Positions 35,981 through 44,260 of a DNA stretch of 64,000 bases are shown here, piece after piece. Position 1 is the first letter of the stretch. Each line of letters opens with the position of its first letter. Source of the stretch: an uncultured Ruminococcus sp. (GTDB lineage: Bacteria > Bacillota > Clostridia > Oscillospirales > CAG-382). The stretch lies in assembly GCA_964571635.1 (NCBI GenBank), contig CAZNCN010000006.1:838-64837 (forward strand), written 5' to 3'. Under the pieces are notes generated by a model that did no database searches, was not told where the DNA came from, and saw nothing but the letters and a program-made list of their open reading frames with translations. Position numbers and translations under genes: made by a program.

Positions 35981-36919
35981 ATGCCACTTGTCACAACTAC
36001 AGAAATGTTCCGCAAGGCATACGAAGGCGGCTATGCCATCGGTGCTTTCAATGTTAACAATATGGAGATCATCCAGGGTATCACCGAGGCTGCAAAAGAA
36101 GAGAATGCACCTCTGATCCTGCAGGTATCCAAGGGTGCGCGTGCTTATGCAAACCACACCTATCTCGTAAAGCTCGTTGAGGCTGCTGTTATCGAGTGCC
36201 CCAACATTCCCATCGCTCTGCACCTTGATCACGGCCCCGACTTTGAGACCTGCAAGTCCTGCATCGACGGCGGCTTTACCTCTGTCATGATCGACGGCTC
36301 TTCGCTTGATTTCGACGCTAACGTCGAGGTCACCAAGAAGGTCGTTGAGTATGCTCATGCTCACGGCGTTGTCGTCGAGGGCGAGCTCGGCACTCTCGCA
36401 GGTGTCGAGGATGACGTCGTAGTCGAGGACGGCATGTCCAGCTACACCAACCCCGATCAGGTTCAGGAGTTCGTAGAGAGAACAGGCGTTGATTCGCTTG
36501 CTATCGCTATCGGCACCAGCCACGGCGCATACAAATTCAAGCCCGGCCAGAAGCCTCAGCTCCGTTTCGACATCCTCCAAGAGGTCGAGCGCCGTCTGCC
36601 CGGTTTCCCCATCGTTCTGCACGGTGCTTCGAGCGTTATCCCCGAGTATGTTGATATGATCAACGCTAACGGCGGCAAGATGCCCGATGCTATCGGCATT
36701 CCCGAGCCCATGCTTCGTCAGGCAGCTTCGATGGCAGTCTGCAAGATCAACATCGACTCTGACCTCCGTCTCGCAATGACCGGCACAGTTCGTCAGTATT
36801 TCAACGAGCATCCCGATCATTTCGATCCCAGACAGTACCTCAAGCCCGCAAGAGCAAACATCAAAGAGCTCGTTCGCCACAAGCTCGTTGACGTTCTCGG
36901 CTGCGCAGGCAGAGCATAA
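35981..36919 (+). CDS. fba: Class II fructose-1,6-bisphosphate aldolase
   Basis: GAFNVNN, LHLDHG, GTSHGAYK, VLHGAS, KINIDSDLR, FDPRQYL. Confidence 0.97.
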   Translation: MPLVTTTEMFRKAYEGGYAIGAFNVNNMEIIQGITEAAKEENAPLILQVSKGARAYANHTYLVKLVEAAVIECPNIPIALHLDHGPDFETCKSCIDGGFTSVMIDGSSLDFDANVEVTKKVVEYAHAHGVVVEGELGTLAGVEDDVVVEDGMSSYTNPDQVQEFVERTGVDSLAIAIGTSHGAYKFKPGQKPQLRFDILQEVERRLPGFPIVLHGASSVIPEYVDMINANGGKMPDAIGIPEPMLRQAASMAVCKINIDSDLRLAMTGTVRQYFNEHPDHFDPRQYLKPARANIKELVRHKLVDVLGCAGRA

Positions 36920-36953
36920 GTCAAAGCATAAGTTAATAGACTTACAGCAAAAG

Positions 36954-36999
36954 AGCTGTCACACGCGGTGTTTCCTCGCATGTGGCAGCTCGTTTTTTT
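36954..36999 (+). terminator. Intrinsic terminator of fba
   Basis: GAGCTGTCACA/TGTGGCAGCTC stem plus T-tract. Confidence 0.75.
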
Positions 37000-37059
37000 A
37001 TTTGCTTCGACTCTGAGCACCGAAATGCTGAAAAAACGCTGTTAATTTTGCTTATGCTA

Positions 37060-37088
37060 TTGACATTTGCGCTTGCATACAGTATAAT
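37060..37088 (+). promoter_or_regulatory. Consensus sigma-A promoter of the leader/CNNM unit
   Basis: TTGACA-17-TATAAT. Confidence 0.85.
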
Positions 37089-37142
37089 ATATCATCTGCT
37101 TGGCAGAATTACGCAGCATGACAAGAGAGGTGAATTTGTATA

Positions 37143-37196
37143 ATGGACGACGGGCCTGCTTTATGCGACTGTAGACGCCTTTTATACATCTTATAA
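37143..37196 (+). CDS. Putative 17-aa leader peptide MDDGPALCDCRRLLYIL
   Basis: GAGAGGTG RBS upstream; lies between the promoter and a terminator hairpin. Confidence 0.55.
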   Translation: MDDGPALCDCRRLLYIL

Positions 37197-37201
37197 TTTT
37201 T

Positions 37202-37243
37202 AAGCATAGACCCGATTTTCGATGGCGGGGAGCTATGCTTTTT
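37202..37243 (+). terminator. Leader (attenuator) terminator upstream of the CNNM gene
   Basis: AAGCATAG..CCCG / CGGG..CTATGCTT stem running into a T-tract. Confidence 0.65.
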
Positions 37244-37284
37244 GTCGTTATATTGCACTTTTCTAATTTATTTACGGAGGACTT

Positions 37285-38640
37285 ATGTTATCAGAAAGTT
37301 TAAAGGCGGTGTTGCTTTTAGTGGTGCTCATATTCCTGAACGCCACGTTTGCCGCCGCCGAAATCGCCGTTATATCAGTTAGCGGCGCAAAATTGCAGGC
37401 ACTTGCCGATGATGGCAGCAAAAAGGCCAAAAAGCTTCTCAAGCTTACATTGCAGCCTGCTAAATTCCTTGCGACTATTCAGGTCGCTATCACAATGGCA
37501 GGCTTATTGCAGAGTGCATTTGCCGCCGACACCTTTGCAGGTCCTATCGTTGAAATGCTCGTTCAGTCGGGTGTCACGATAGATCCCGAATTGCTCAAAA
37601 CTGTCACCATCGTAATCATCACACTTGTTCTTGCGTATTTCAACCTTGTATTCGGCGAGCTTGTTCCCAAGCGTGTCGCTATGAAGCGCGCCGAAAAAAT
37701 GGCACTCGGCATGTCGGGTATGCTTTACGGCGTTTCTGTCGTTTTTGCACCGCTCGTGTGGCTGCTTACCATTTCTACCAACTGCGTTTTGCGCATCATG
37801 GGCATCAACCCCAACGAGCCCGACGATGCCGTCACCGAGGACGAGATCAAGCTTATGCTCTCTGAGGGTCAAAAGCAGGGTGTCATTCAAGAAGAGCAGA
37901 ATGAAATGATACTCAACATATTTGAGTTCAACGATATAACACTCGATGAGGTTTGCAATCATCGCCGCAATGTAATCGCGCTCGACCTCGAGGACGATGA
38001 CGAAACATGGGAGCGCACGATAATGGATAATCCTCATTCGTTCTATCCCATATACGACGGCAGAGAAGACAACATCACGCTTATTCTCGATTCGCGCTAT
38101 TATTTCAGACTTGGCGACAAATCGCGCGACAATGTGCTCGCTCACGCCGTCAGAGAGCCGTTCTTTGTTCCCGAAACGATGAAGGCCAACGCACTCTTTA
38201 GAGTTATGAAAGAGAATCACGAGTATTTTGCGGTCGTTATCGACGAATACGGCGGATTCCTCGGCATAGTTTCATTGCGTGACCTTATCGAAACGCTCGT
38301 CGGCGATCTTAAAGAAAAAGAAGAAGCGGTAGAGGATGACCCCGAATTGCTCGAGCAGCTCGAGGACGGCACCTGGACCATAGGCGGCGGTGCTGCCATA
38401 ACAGATGTTTCGGAGGCACTTCATATCGAATTGCCCGATGAGGACTGCACCACCTTCGGTGGCTATATTTGCAGCATAATCAACCGCTTGCCCGACGACG
38501 GCGAAACATTCGAATGCGAGACCGACGACCTTGAGATAGAGGTCAAGGAGGTCAGAGATCGCACGATACTGCTCACTAAAGTCAAGGTCAAAGAACGTCC
38601 CAACGATGGCGACGACGGCAAAGACGATGACGATGACTGA
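37285..38640 (+). CDS. Hemolysin-family / CNNM-CBS-CorC transporter (putative Mg2+ efflux)
   Basis: FAAAEIA, FGELVPKRVA (CNNM), CBS pair with VIDEYGG, C-terminal CorC domain TFGGY. Confidence 0.92.
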   Translation: MLSESLKAVLLLVVLIFLNATFAAAEIAVISVSGAKLQALADDGSKKAKKLLKLTLQPAKFLATIQVAITMAGLLQSAFAADTFAGPIVEMLVQSGVTIDPELLKTVTIVIITLVLAYFNLVFGELVPKRVAMKRAEKMALGMSGMLYGVSVVFAPLVWLLTISTNCVLRIMGINPNEPDDAVTEDEIKLMLSEGQKQGVIQEEQNEMILNIFEFNDITLDEVCNHRRNVIALDLEDDDETWERTIMDNPHSFYPIYDGREDNITLILDSRYYFRLGDKSRDNVLAHAVREPFFVPETMKANALFRVMKENHEYFAVVIDEYGGFLGIVSLRDLIETLVGDLKEKEEAVEDDPELLEQLEDGTWTIGGGAAITDVSEALHIELPDEDCTTFGGYICSIINRLPDDGETFECETDDLEIEVKEVRDRTILLTKVKVKERPNDGDDGKDDDDD

Positions 38641-38671
38641 AATCAATTGCTGAAATAGCACTTTAGGGCAC

Positions 38672-38700
38672 TTGACAGAGCGATCAAAAAGTGTTATTAT
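38672..38700 (+). promoter_or_regulatory. Sigma-A promoter of the riboswitch-ATPase unit
   Basis: TTGACA-17-TATTAT with TGn extension. Confidence 0.75.
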
Positions 38701-38717
38701 TACATAACAACAAAATA

Positions 38718-38892
38718 GCAAGCTAAGGGAGTAGCCCTGCCGCTTTTCGGCGGCAGCGCAGAGGTCGTCATCACGGCGTGCATTCGGCACACTCGGCGTC
38801 TGCGGCTTGATATCAACTGTTTTTACGGTTAATGTTTAAGTACGGCAAGACTTTTGCACATAATATGTGTGCATAGGTCTTGCCGTTTTATT
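38718..38892 (+). ncRNA. yybP-ykoY (Mn2+) riboswitch with terminator expression platform
   Basis: AAGGGAGTAG...CGTCATCAC...GGCAAGAC consensus elements; overlapping terminator ACGGCAAGAC..TGCACA/TGTGCA..GTCTTGCCGT-TTT; sits upstream of a P-type ATPase. Confidence 0.9.
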
Positions 38893-38914
38893 TATAAAGA
38901 AAGAGGTTAAATTA

Positions 38915-41548
38915 ATGACGGAATTTTATTCTATGTCCGAGCAGCAGGTGCTCGAACAGCTAAAGACAGACCGCAACGGACTGCATAGCGATGAAGCGGC
39001 TGAAAGGCTCGCAAAAAACGGAGCAAACAAGCTCGCCGAGCCACCGAAGCGCACTATATGGCAGATGCTTTTTGACAGCATCAAAGCGCCCATGACGCTT
39101 GTTTTGCTTGCTGCGGCGGTCATATCGCTGGTGGTTTCGTTGCTTTCGGGCGGTGGTTTTGATTTTGACGTCATAGTCATTCTGGCGGTCGTTGTCTTAA
39201 ACTCGGTGATCGAGGTCATCCAGGAGACAAACGCCGACAAGGCACTTGAGGCACTCAAAGAAATGACAAGATCCAAATGCCGTGTCGTCAGAGATGGCAA
39301 GGATATTATAATAGATAACCAGGAGCTGGTTGTCGGTGACATCATCAGACTCGAAGCGGGCGATGCTATTCCTGCCGATGCGAGAATAATCGAATGTGCG
39401 GCGTTCAAGACAGAGGAGTCTGCCCTGACGGGTGAATCATTGCCTGTGCAAAAGACCAATTCTGCGATCGAGGCAAGCGGTGCGGCTGTTCCTTTGGGCG
39501 ATCGTAAAAATATGGTCTATATGGGCTCTACCTGCGTTTACGGCAGGGCACTCGCCGTCGTTGCAGCGACGGGTATGCAGACCGAGATGGGCAAGATCGC
39601 CAAGGTGCTTTCGCAGGCAGAGCAGGAGGAAACTCCCCTGCAGCTCAAGCTCGCACAGCTCTCTCGCATACTCACTATCGCGGTGCTTGCGATCTGTGTG
39701 TTTATATTCGGTTTCAACTGCATTTCCGGCATGGTCGGAGGCGGCGAGCTTTTAAAGATAGCAGCCGATTCTCTGCTCATAGCCGTATCACTTGCTGTTG
39801 CGGCTATCCCCGAGGGACTTTCGGCGGTCGTAACGATATTGCTTTCGATAGGTGTTTCTCGCATGGCAAAGCAGAATGCCGTCGTCAGAAGGCTTTCTGC
39901 CGTCGAAACTCTCGGCTGCACGCAGATAATCTGCTCTGACAAGACAGGCACGCTTACGCAAAACAAAATGACCGTCGTTGACAGTTCTGCCGCATCGGTT
40001 CAATTGCTTTCTGCGGCTATGGCACTTTGCAGTGACGCCACCGTTGACGAAAAGGGTGAGGTTACAGGCGAGCCTACCGAGGCGGCACTCGTGACTTTCG
40101 CTTATAAAAATGATGTCAAAAAGTATGAAATAGAGCGCGATATGCCGCGCGTTGCCGAAGCACCGTTTGATTCCGAGCGCAAGATGATGTCGACATTTCA
40201 CCGCTTTGAAGGCAGGGTGATGCAATACACCAAGGGTGCACCTGACGAATTGCTTAGTCGTTGCACAAGATTGCAGACAGAGTCGGGCAGCGTCGAGCTG
40301 ACCGACGAATTACGCAAAAAGATACTCGATGTCAACGGCGGAATGGCCGACAGAGCACTCAGAGTTTTGGGTGCGGCATTCAAGACCTATGACAGCGTGC
40401 CCGAGTTTGACAGCCCATCACAGGTCGAGTGCGATATGACCTTCATCGGACTTTGCGGAATGATCGACCCGATCAGACCCGAGGTCAAGTCGGCAGTCGC
40501 AGATTGCCGCAGTGCAGGCATACGTCCTGTTATGATAACAGGCGACCACGCCGCTACTGCTGCCGCAATAGGCATTGAACTCGGAATAATCACCGACCGC
40601 AGCCAGGCGATCACAGGCGCAGAGCTCGATAAGATGTCTGACGAATATCTCGACGAGCATATCGGCGACTATTCTGTCTATGCACGAGTTCAGCCCGAGC
40701 ACAAGGTGCGCATAGTCTCGGCCTGGAAAAAGGCGGGCAAGGTCGTCGCCATGACAGGTGACGGTGTCAACGATGCACCGTCGATCAAGACCGCCGATAT
40801 AGGCATCGGCATGGGCATCACGGGTACTGATGTTACAAAGGGCGCAGCCGACATGATATTGGCTGACGACAACTTCGCTACCATCGTTTCTGCCGTGCAG
40901 GAGGGCCGTAGGATATACGACAATATCCGCAAGGCAATACAGTTCCTTTTGTCCTCAAACCTCTCTGAGGTCATCTCAATATTCATCACGACCGTATGCG
41001 GACTGACGATATTCCAGCCTCTGCATATTCTTTGGATCAACCTTATAACCGACAGCCTGCCTGCGCTTGCACTCGGCATGGAGGAGGCAGAAAGCGATAT
41101 AATGTCGCTCAAGCCTCGTGAAAAGAGTGAGGGAATTTTTGCAGGTCACGTCGGCATAGCGACAGTTTTTGAGGGCGTTTGCATATCCGCACTCACGCTC
41201 GCCGCATTCTTTATCGGCAGGGCGTACGACATTGAGGCAGGCTCGCTGCAGACGCTTACGGGCACTACCATGGCGTTTATGACCATGTCGCTTTGCGAGT
41301 GCATTCACGCATTCAACTTGAGATCAATGCGCCATTCGGCATTCAAGATGAAAAAGCAGAATAAATGGCTGTGGCTCTCTGCCGCTGCCTCACTCATTTT
41401 GACCATGTCGGTCATACTCATAGCGCCTGTCCGCGACCTTTTCGGCTTTGTTCTGCCCGACCTCGAGCATCTGCTCATCTCGTTTGGCTTGGCACTCTTG
41501 ATATTGCCGCTTGTTGAGGTATCTAAGCTTATAATAGGAAAGAAGTGA
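38915..41548 (+). CDS. P2A-type cation-transporting ATPase (Ca2+/Mn2+ exporter, YoaB-like)
   Basis: TGES, PEGL, DKTGTLTQN, KGAP, GDGVND, WINLITD; downstream of the yybP-ykoY riboswitch. Confidence 0.93.
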   Translation: MTEFYSMSEQQVLEQLKTDRNGLHSDEAAERLAKNGANKLAEPPKRTIWQMLFDSIKAPMTLVLLAAAVISLVVSLLSGGGFDFDVIVILAVVVLNSVIEVIQETNADKALEALKEMTRSKCRVVRDGKDIIIDNQELVVGDIIRLEAGDAIPADARIIECAAFKTEESALTGESLPVQKTNSAIEASGAAVPLGDRKNMVYMGSTCVYGRALAVVAATGMQTEMGKIAKVLSQAEQEETPLQLKLAQLSRILTIAVLAICVFIFGFNCISGMVGGGELLKIAADSLLIAVSLAVAAIPEGLSAVVTILLSIGVSRMAKQNAVVRRLSAVETLGCTQIICSDKTGTLTQNKMTVVDSSAASVQLLSAAMALCSDATVDEKGEVTGEPTEAALVTFAYKNDVKKYEIERDMPRVAEAPFDSERKMMSTFHRFEGRVMQYTKGAPDELLSRCTRLQTESGSVELTDELRKKILDVNGGMADRALRVLGAAFKTYDSVPEFDSPSQVECDMTFIGLCGMIDPIRPEVKSAVADCRSAGIRPVMITGDHAATAAAIGIELGIITDRSQAITGAELDKMSDEYLDEHIGDYSVYARVQPEHKVRIVSAWKKAGKVVAMTGDGVNDAPSIKTADIGIGMGITGTDVTKGAADMILADDNFATIVSAVQEGRRIYDNIRKAIQFLLSSNLSEVISIFITTVCGLTIFQPLHILWINLITDSLPALALGMEEAESDIMSLKPREKSEGIFAGHVGIATVFEGVCISALTLAAFFIGRAYDIEAGSLQTLTGTTMAFMTMSLCECIHAFNLRSMRHSAFKMKKQNKWLWLSAAASLILTMSVILIAPVRDLFGFVLPDLEHLLISFGLALLILPLVEVSKLIIGKK

Positions 41549-41570
41549 GCCACCGCTCACTTCTCTTTCT

Positions 41571-41876
41571 TTAATATTCGAGATATTTTTTTGAATTTGT
41601 CTTGTGCGGCAAGGCAGGCGTCTGTCAATAATCCACGCTCTCGTGCCCATTCGGACAATCCTCGGTGCAGAACATCTTGAGCTCTTTGCCGATGATAAAT
41701 GGAACGACATTGTTACGCAAGCACTCGTTGAAAAGGAGCAATCTGCCAACACGGCCGTTTCTATCCCGGAAAGGGCGGATAGATTCAAAGCGGTAATGGA
41801 AATCCGGGATATCGTCGAACGTCTTTTGCTTCTCCGCGTTGTAGCCCGCCATCAGAGATTTCATTTTGCATCTCAA
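41571..41876 (-). pseudogene. 3' fragment of a Fic-domain protein, frameshifted and with a degenerate active site
   Basis: FHYRFESIRPFRDRNGRVGRL (compare HPFxDGNGRxxR); continues in another frame as RGLSEWARERGLLTDACLAAQDKF; N-terminus absent. Confidence 0.8.
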
Positions 41877-41984
41877 TCACGGCTTTAGCCGCACATGAAA
41901 TCAAGCCGCAGTGAAATACATATACACGCTTGTGCGTGATGCCATGTACCTTCGGCGGTTCGACACCAAGCTTGCGGCTTGGAT

Positions 41985-42028
41985 AAAAAGAAAGCATCCG
42001 AACTGAAAAGCTCGGATGCTTTCTTTTT
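41985..42028 (-). terminator. Intrinsic terminator after tRNA-Glu
   Basis: AAAAAGAAAGCATCCGA / TCGGATGCTTTCTTTTT inverted repeat. Confidence 0.85.
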
Positions 42029-42102
42029 GGTGACCCATAGCAGATTCGAACTGCTGTTACCGCCGTGAAAGGGCGGTGTCTTAACCACTTGACCAATGGG
42101 CC
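42028..42102 (-). tRNA. tRNA-Glu(TTC)
   Basis: GGCCCATTGGTCAAGTGGTTAAGACACCGCCC-TTTCAC-GGCGG...GTTCGAATC...GGGTCACCA. Confidence 0.97.
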
Positions 42103-42108
42103 TTAAAA

Positions 42109-42182
42109 TAGCGGAAGTGGGACTTGAACCTACGACCTGCCGGGTATGAACCGGATGCTCTAGCCAACTGAGCTATTCCGCC
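42109..42182 (-). tRNA. tRNA-Met(CAT), elongator type
   Basis: GGCGGAATAGCTCAGTTGGCTAGAGCA-TCCGG-TTCATAC-CCGG...GGTTCAAGTCC; CCA not encoded. Confidence 0.93.
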
Positions 42183-42213
42183 ATAATGCCGCCTGCTTTT
42201 GGGCAGCGAAATG

Positions 42214-42242
42214 ATTATATCAGCATCAACGCGATTTGTCAA
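42214..42242 (-). promoter_or_regulatory. Sigma-A promoter of tRNA-Met/tRNA-Glu
   Basis: TTGACA-17-TATAAT on the minus strand. Confidence 0.82.
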
Positions 42243-42321
42243 GCCTTTTTTTAAAAAAATCGCACTTTGATATTATTGCAATTTATTGTGATGCATAGTA
42301 TAATATAATTCGGAGGGTATT

Positions 42322-43110
42322 ATGAGCTTTTTATTGCATGACAAACAAATAAAATACTATACCTGCGAGGCTCTGGATGATTTGGGAGTCAAGCATATGT
42401 TCACCACTCGCATAGGCGGAGTGAGCAGAGCGCCGTTCGACTCGCTCAATTTTGCCGAGGGCTCGGGTGATATGCGTGACACTGCCGAAAACGTCGTGGC
42501 AAATTATCAGCTTGCCGCAGCAGAGCTCGGCTTCAACGCTTCTGATGTTTGCCGTGCATATCAGGCACATACCGCAAACGTGATGATCTGCGACGAAGAT
42601 TCGCGCGGGATGGGCATAACCTTTCCACGCCCCGAAAACGGCATCGATGCGCTTGTTACAAACAAAAAAGGTGTCGTTTTGTCTGTCAGAACAGCCGATT
42701 GCGTTCCTGTGTTGCTTTGCGACCCTGTTTCGGGCGTCGCTGCGGCGGTTCATTCAGGCTGGCGTGGAACGTGTCAGGAGATCTCGCACGCCGCAATAGA
42801 GGCGATGCAGTCGCTTGGTGCATCGGCAGACAGGATCGTCGCTGCTATAGGTCCTCACGCAGGTGTTTGCTGCTATGAGGTGGGCGACGAGCTTTGCAGG
42901 CATTTTGATGCCGACTGTTTTGAAAAACGTGACGGCAGGCTTTATCTTGATCTTACAAAGGCAAATAAAAAAGTGCTTTTATCCTCGGGGATAAAAGAAC
43001 GCAACATATCAGACAGCGGTCTTTGCACCGTGTGTGACGAACGTCATTTCTTTTCGCATCGGCGTGACGGAGTCAACCGCGGCGTAATGGCGGCATTTAT
43101 AGTTCTTTAA
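42322..43110 (+). CDS. pgeF: Peptidoglycan editing factor PgeF / YfiH family
   Basis: FTTRIGGVS, QAHT, TADCVPVLL, HSGWRG, AIGP, FFSHRR. Confidence 0.92.
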   Translation: MSFLLHDKQIKYYTCEALDDLGVKHMFTTRIGGVSRAPFDSLNFAEGSGDMRDTAENVVANYQLAAAELGFNASDVCRAYQAHTANVMICDEDSRGMGITFPRPENGIDALVTNKKGVVLSVRTADCVPVLLCDPVSGVAAAVHSGWRGTCQEISHAAIEAMQSLGASADRIVAAIGPHAGVCCYEVGDELCRHFDADCFEKRDGRLYLDLTKANKKVLLSSGIKERNISDSGLCTVCDERHFFSHRRDGVNRGVMAAFIVL

Positions 43111-43138
43111 AACAGCACAGAGGGGGAGAAGAATAAAC

Positions 43139-44257
43139 ATGAAGAATATTCCTATCATGCATATGGCGGATGTGCATCTTGATTCGCCCTTTTCAATGCG
43201 CTCGCCGTCGCAGGCAGAGCGCTGGCGCACAGAGCTCAGAGGTGCGTTTTCGTCGGCGGTGCTTTTTGCCCGCTCAAACAACATAAACATAGTTCTGATA
43301 AGCGGCGACCTGTTTGACAGTGAGTATGTCACGCCGGACACGCGTGACTGGCTTATCGATGTATTTAAAAATGCGCCCGAGTGCATGTTTTATATCGCAC
43401 CGGGCAACCACGATCCGCTCACGGCAGGCTCGATATACAGGACTTCTGATTTTCCAAAGAATGTTTTTATTTTCGGCAAGGATGGCGAGATGGCAGAATT
43501 GTCCGAGCTCGGCGTGAATATATACGGCAGAGCGTTTGACTCACGCAGCATGATTTCGAGCCCTGTTGCAGGCTTTAGCAACCTGCCGTCCGATCGCATA
43601 AACATACTCGTTTGCCACGGTGACGTCGGCACGCCTGTGTCTGAATACGGGCCTGTCGGCAAAAAGGAGATTGCAGAATCGGGCTTCGATTATATCGCCT
43701 TCGGACATATACACAAGGGCAGCGGACTGCAAAAAGAGGGTGGCACTTATTGGTGCTATCCCGGCTGCCTTATGGGCAGAGGCTTTGACGAAACAGGCGC
43801 AAAGGGCGTTATGGTCGGCTTTATCGGCAAGGGCGAGGCTGATATGCGCATGTGCCCGATGGCAAGGCGCAGATTTGAGGAGCGCACTGTCGAAATAACC
43901 GCATCCATGTCAAAGACCGAGGCACTTGAGCATATCCGCACCGAATTGCGTGCACTGCCTGCCGAGGCAGAGCTGCGGCTTACGCTTTGCGGCGAGGTTG
44001 GCGACGGTGTTATGATAAACGCTTCTGATATAAGCGAGAATTGCACTCTGATAGACCGCACAGTACCGCGCACCGATTATACCGCACTCGAAGCAAGCGG
44101 AACCTTAAAGGGCGCTTTTTATACCCGAATGAAGCAGCGGCTCGACGAATGTGAGGTCGGCAGTGAGCAGTACGACCTCGTGCTGTACGCAATGAAGCTC
44201 GGGCTTGCCGCTTTGTCGAATCGCAATATTGAGATGCCGTCGGGAGGTGACAAATAA
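43139..44257 (+). CDS. SbcD/Mre11-like nuclease (YhaO type)
   Basis: ADVHLD, SGDLFD, GNHD, HG, YIAFGHIH, YPG...GRGFDE. Confidence 0.9.
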   Translation: MKNIPIMHMADVHLDSPFSMRSPSQAERWRTELRGAFSSAVLFARSNNINIVLISGDLFDSEYVTPDTRDWLIDVFKNAPECMFYIAPGNHDPLTAGSIYRTSDFPKNVFIFGKDGEMAELSELGVNIYGRAFDSRSMISSPVAGFSNLPSDRINILVCHGDVGTPVSEYGPVGKKEIAESGFDYIAFGHIHKGSGLQKEGGTYWCYPGCLMGRGFDETGAKGVMVGFIGKGEADMRMCPMARRRFEERTVEITASMSKTEALEHIRTELRALPAEAELRLTLCGEVGDGVMINASDISENCTLIDRTVPRTDYTALEASGTLKGAFYTRMKQRLDECEVGSEQYDLVLYAMKLGLAALSNRNIEMPSGGDK

Positions 44258-44260
44258 ACA

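Noticed and set aside
35690-36880. 396-aa minus-strand ORF
   Set aside because: Antisense shadow of fba
41785-42096. ORFs starting MVKWLRHRPF / MVKTPPFHGG
   Set aside because: Translations of the tRNA-Glu gene
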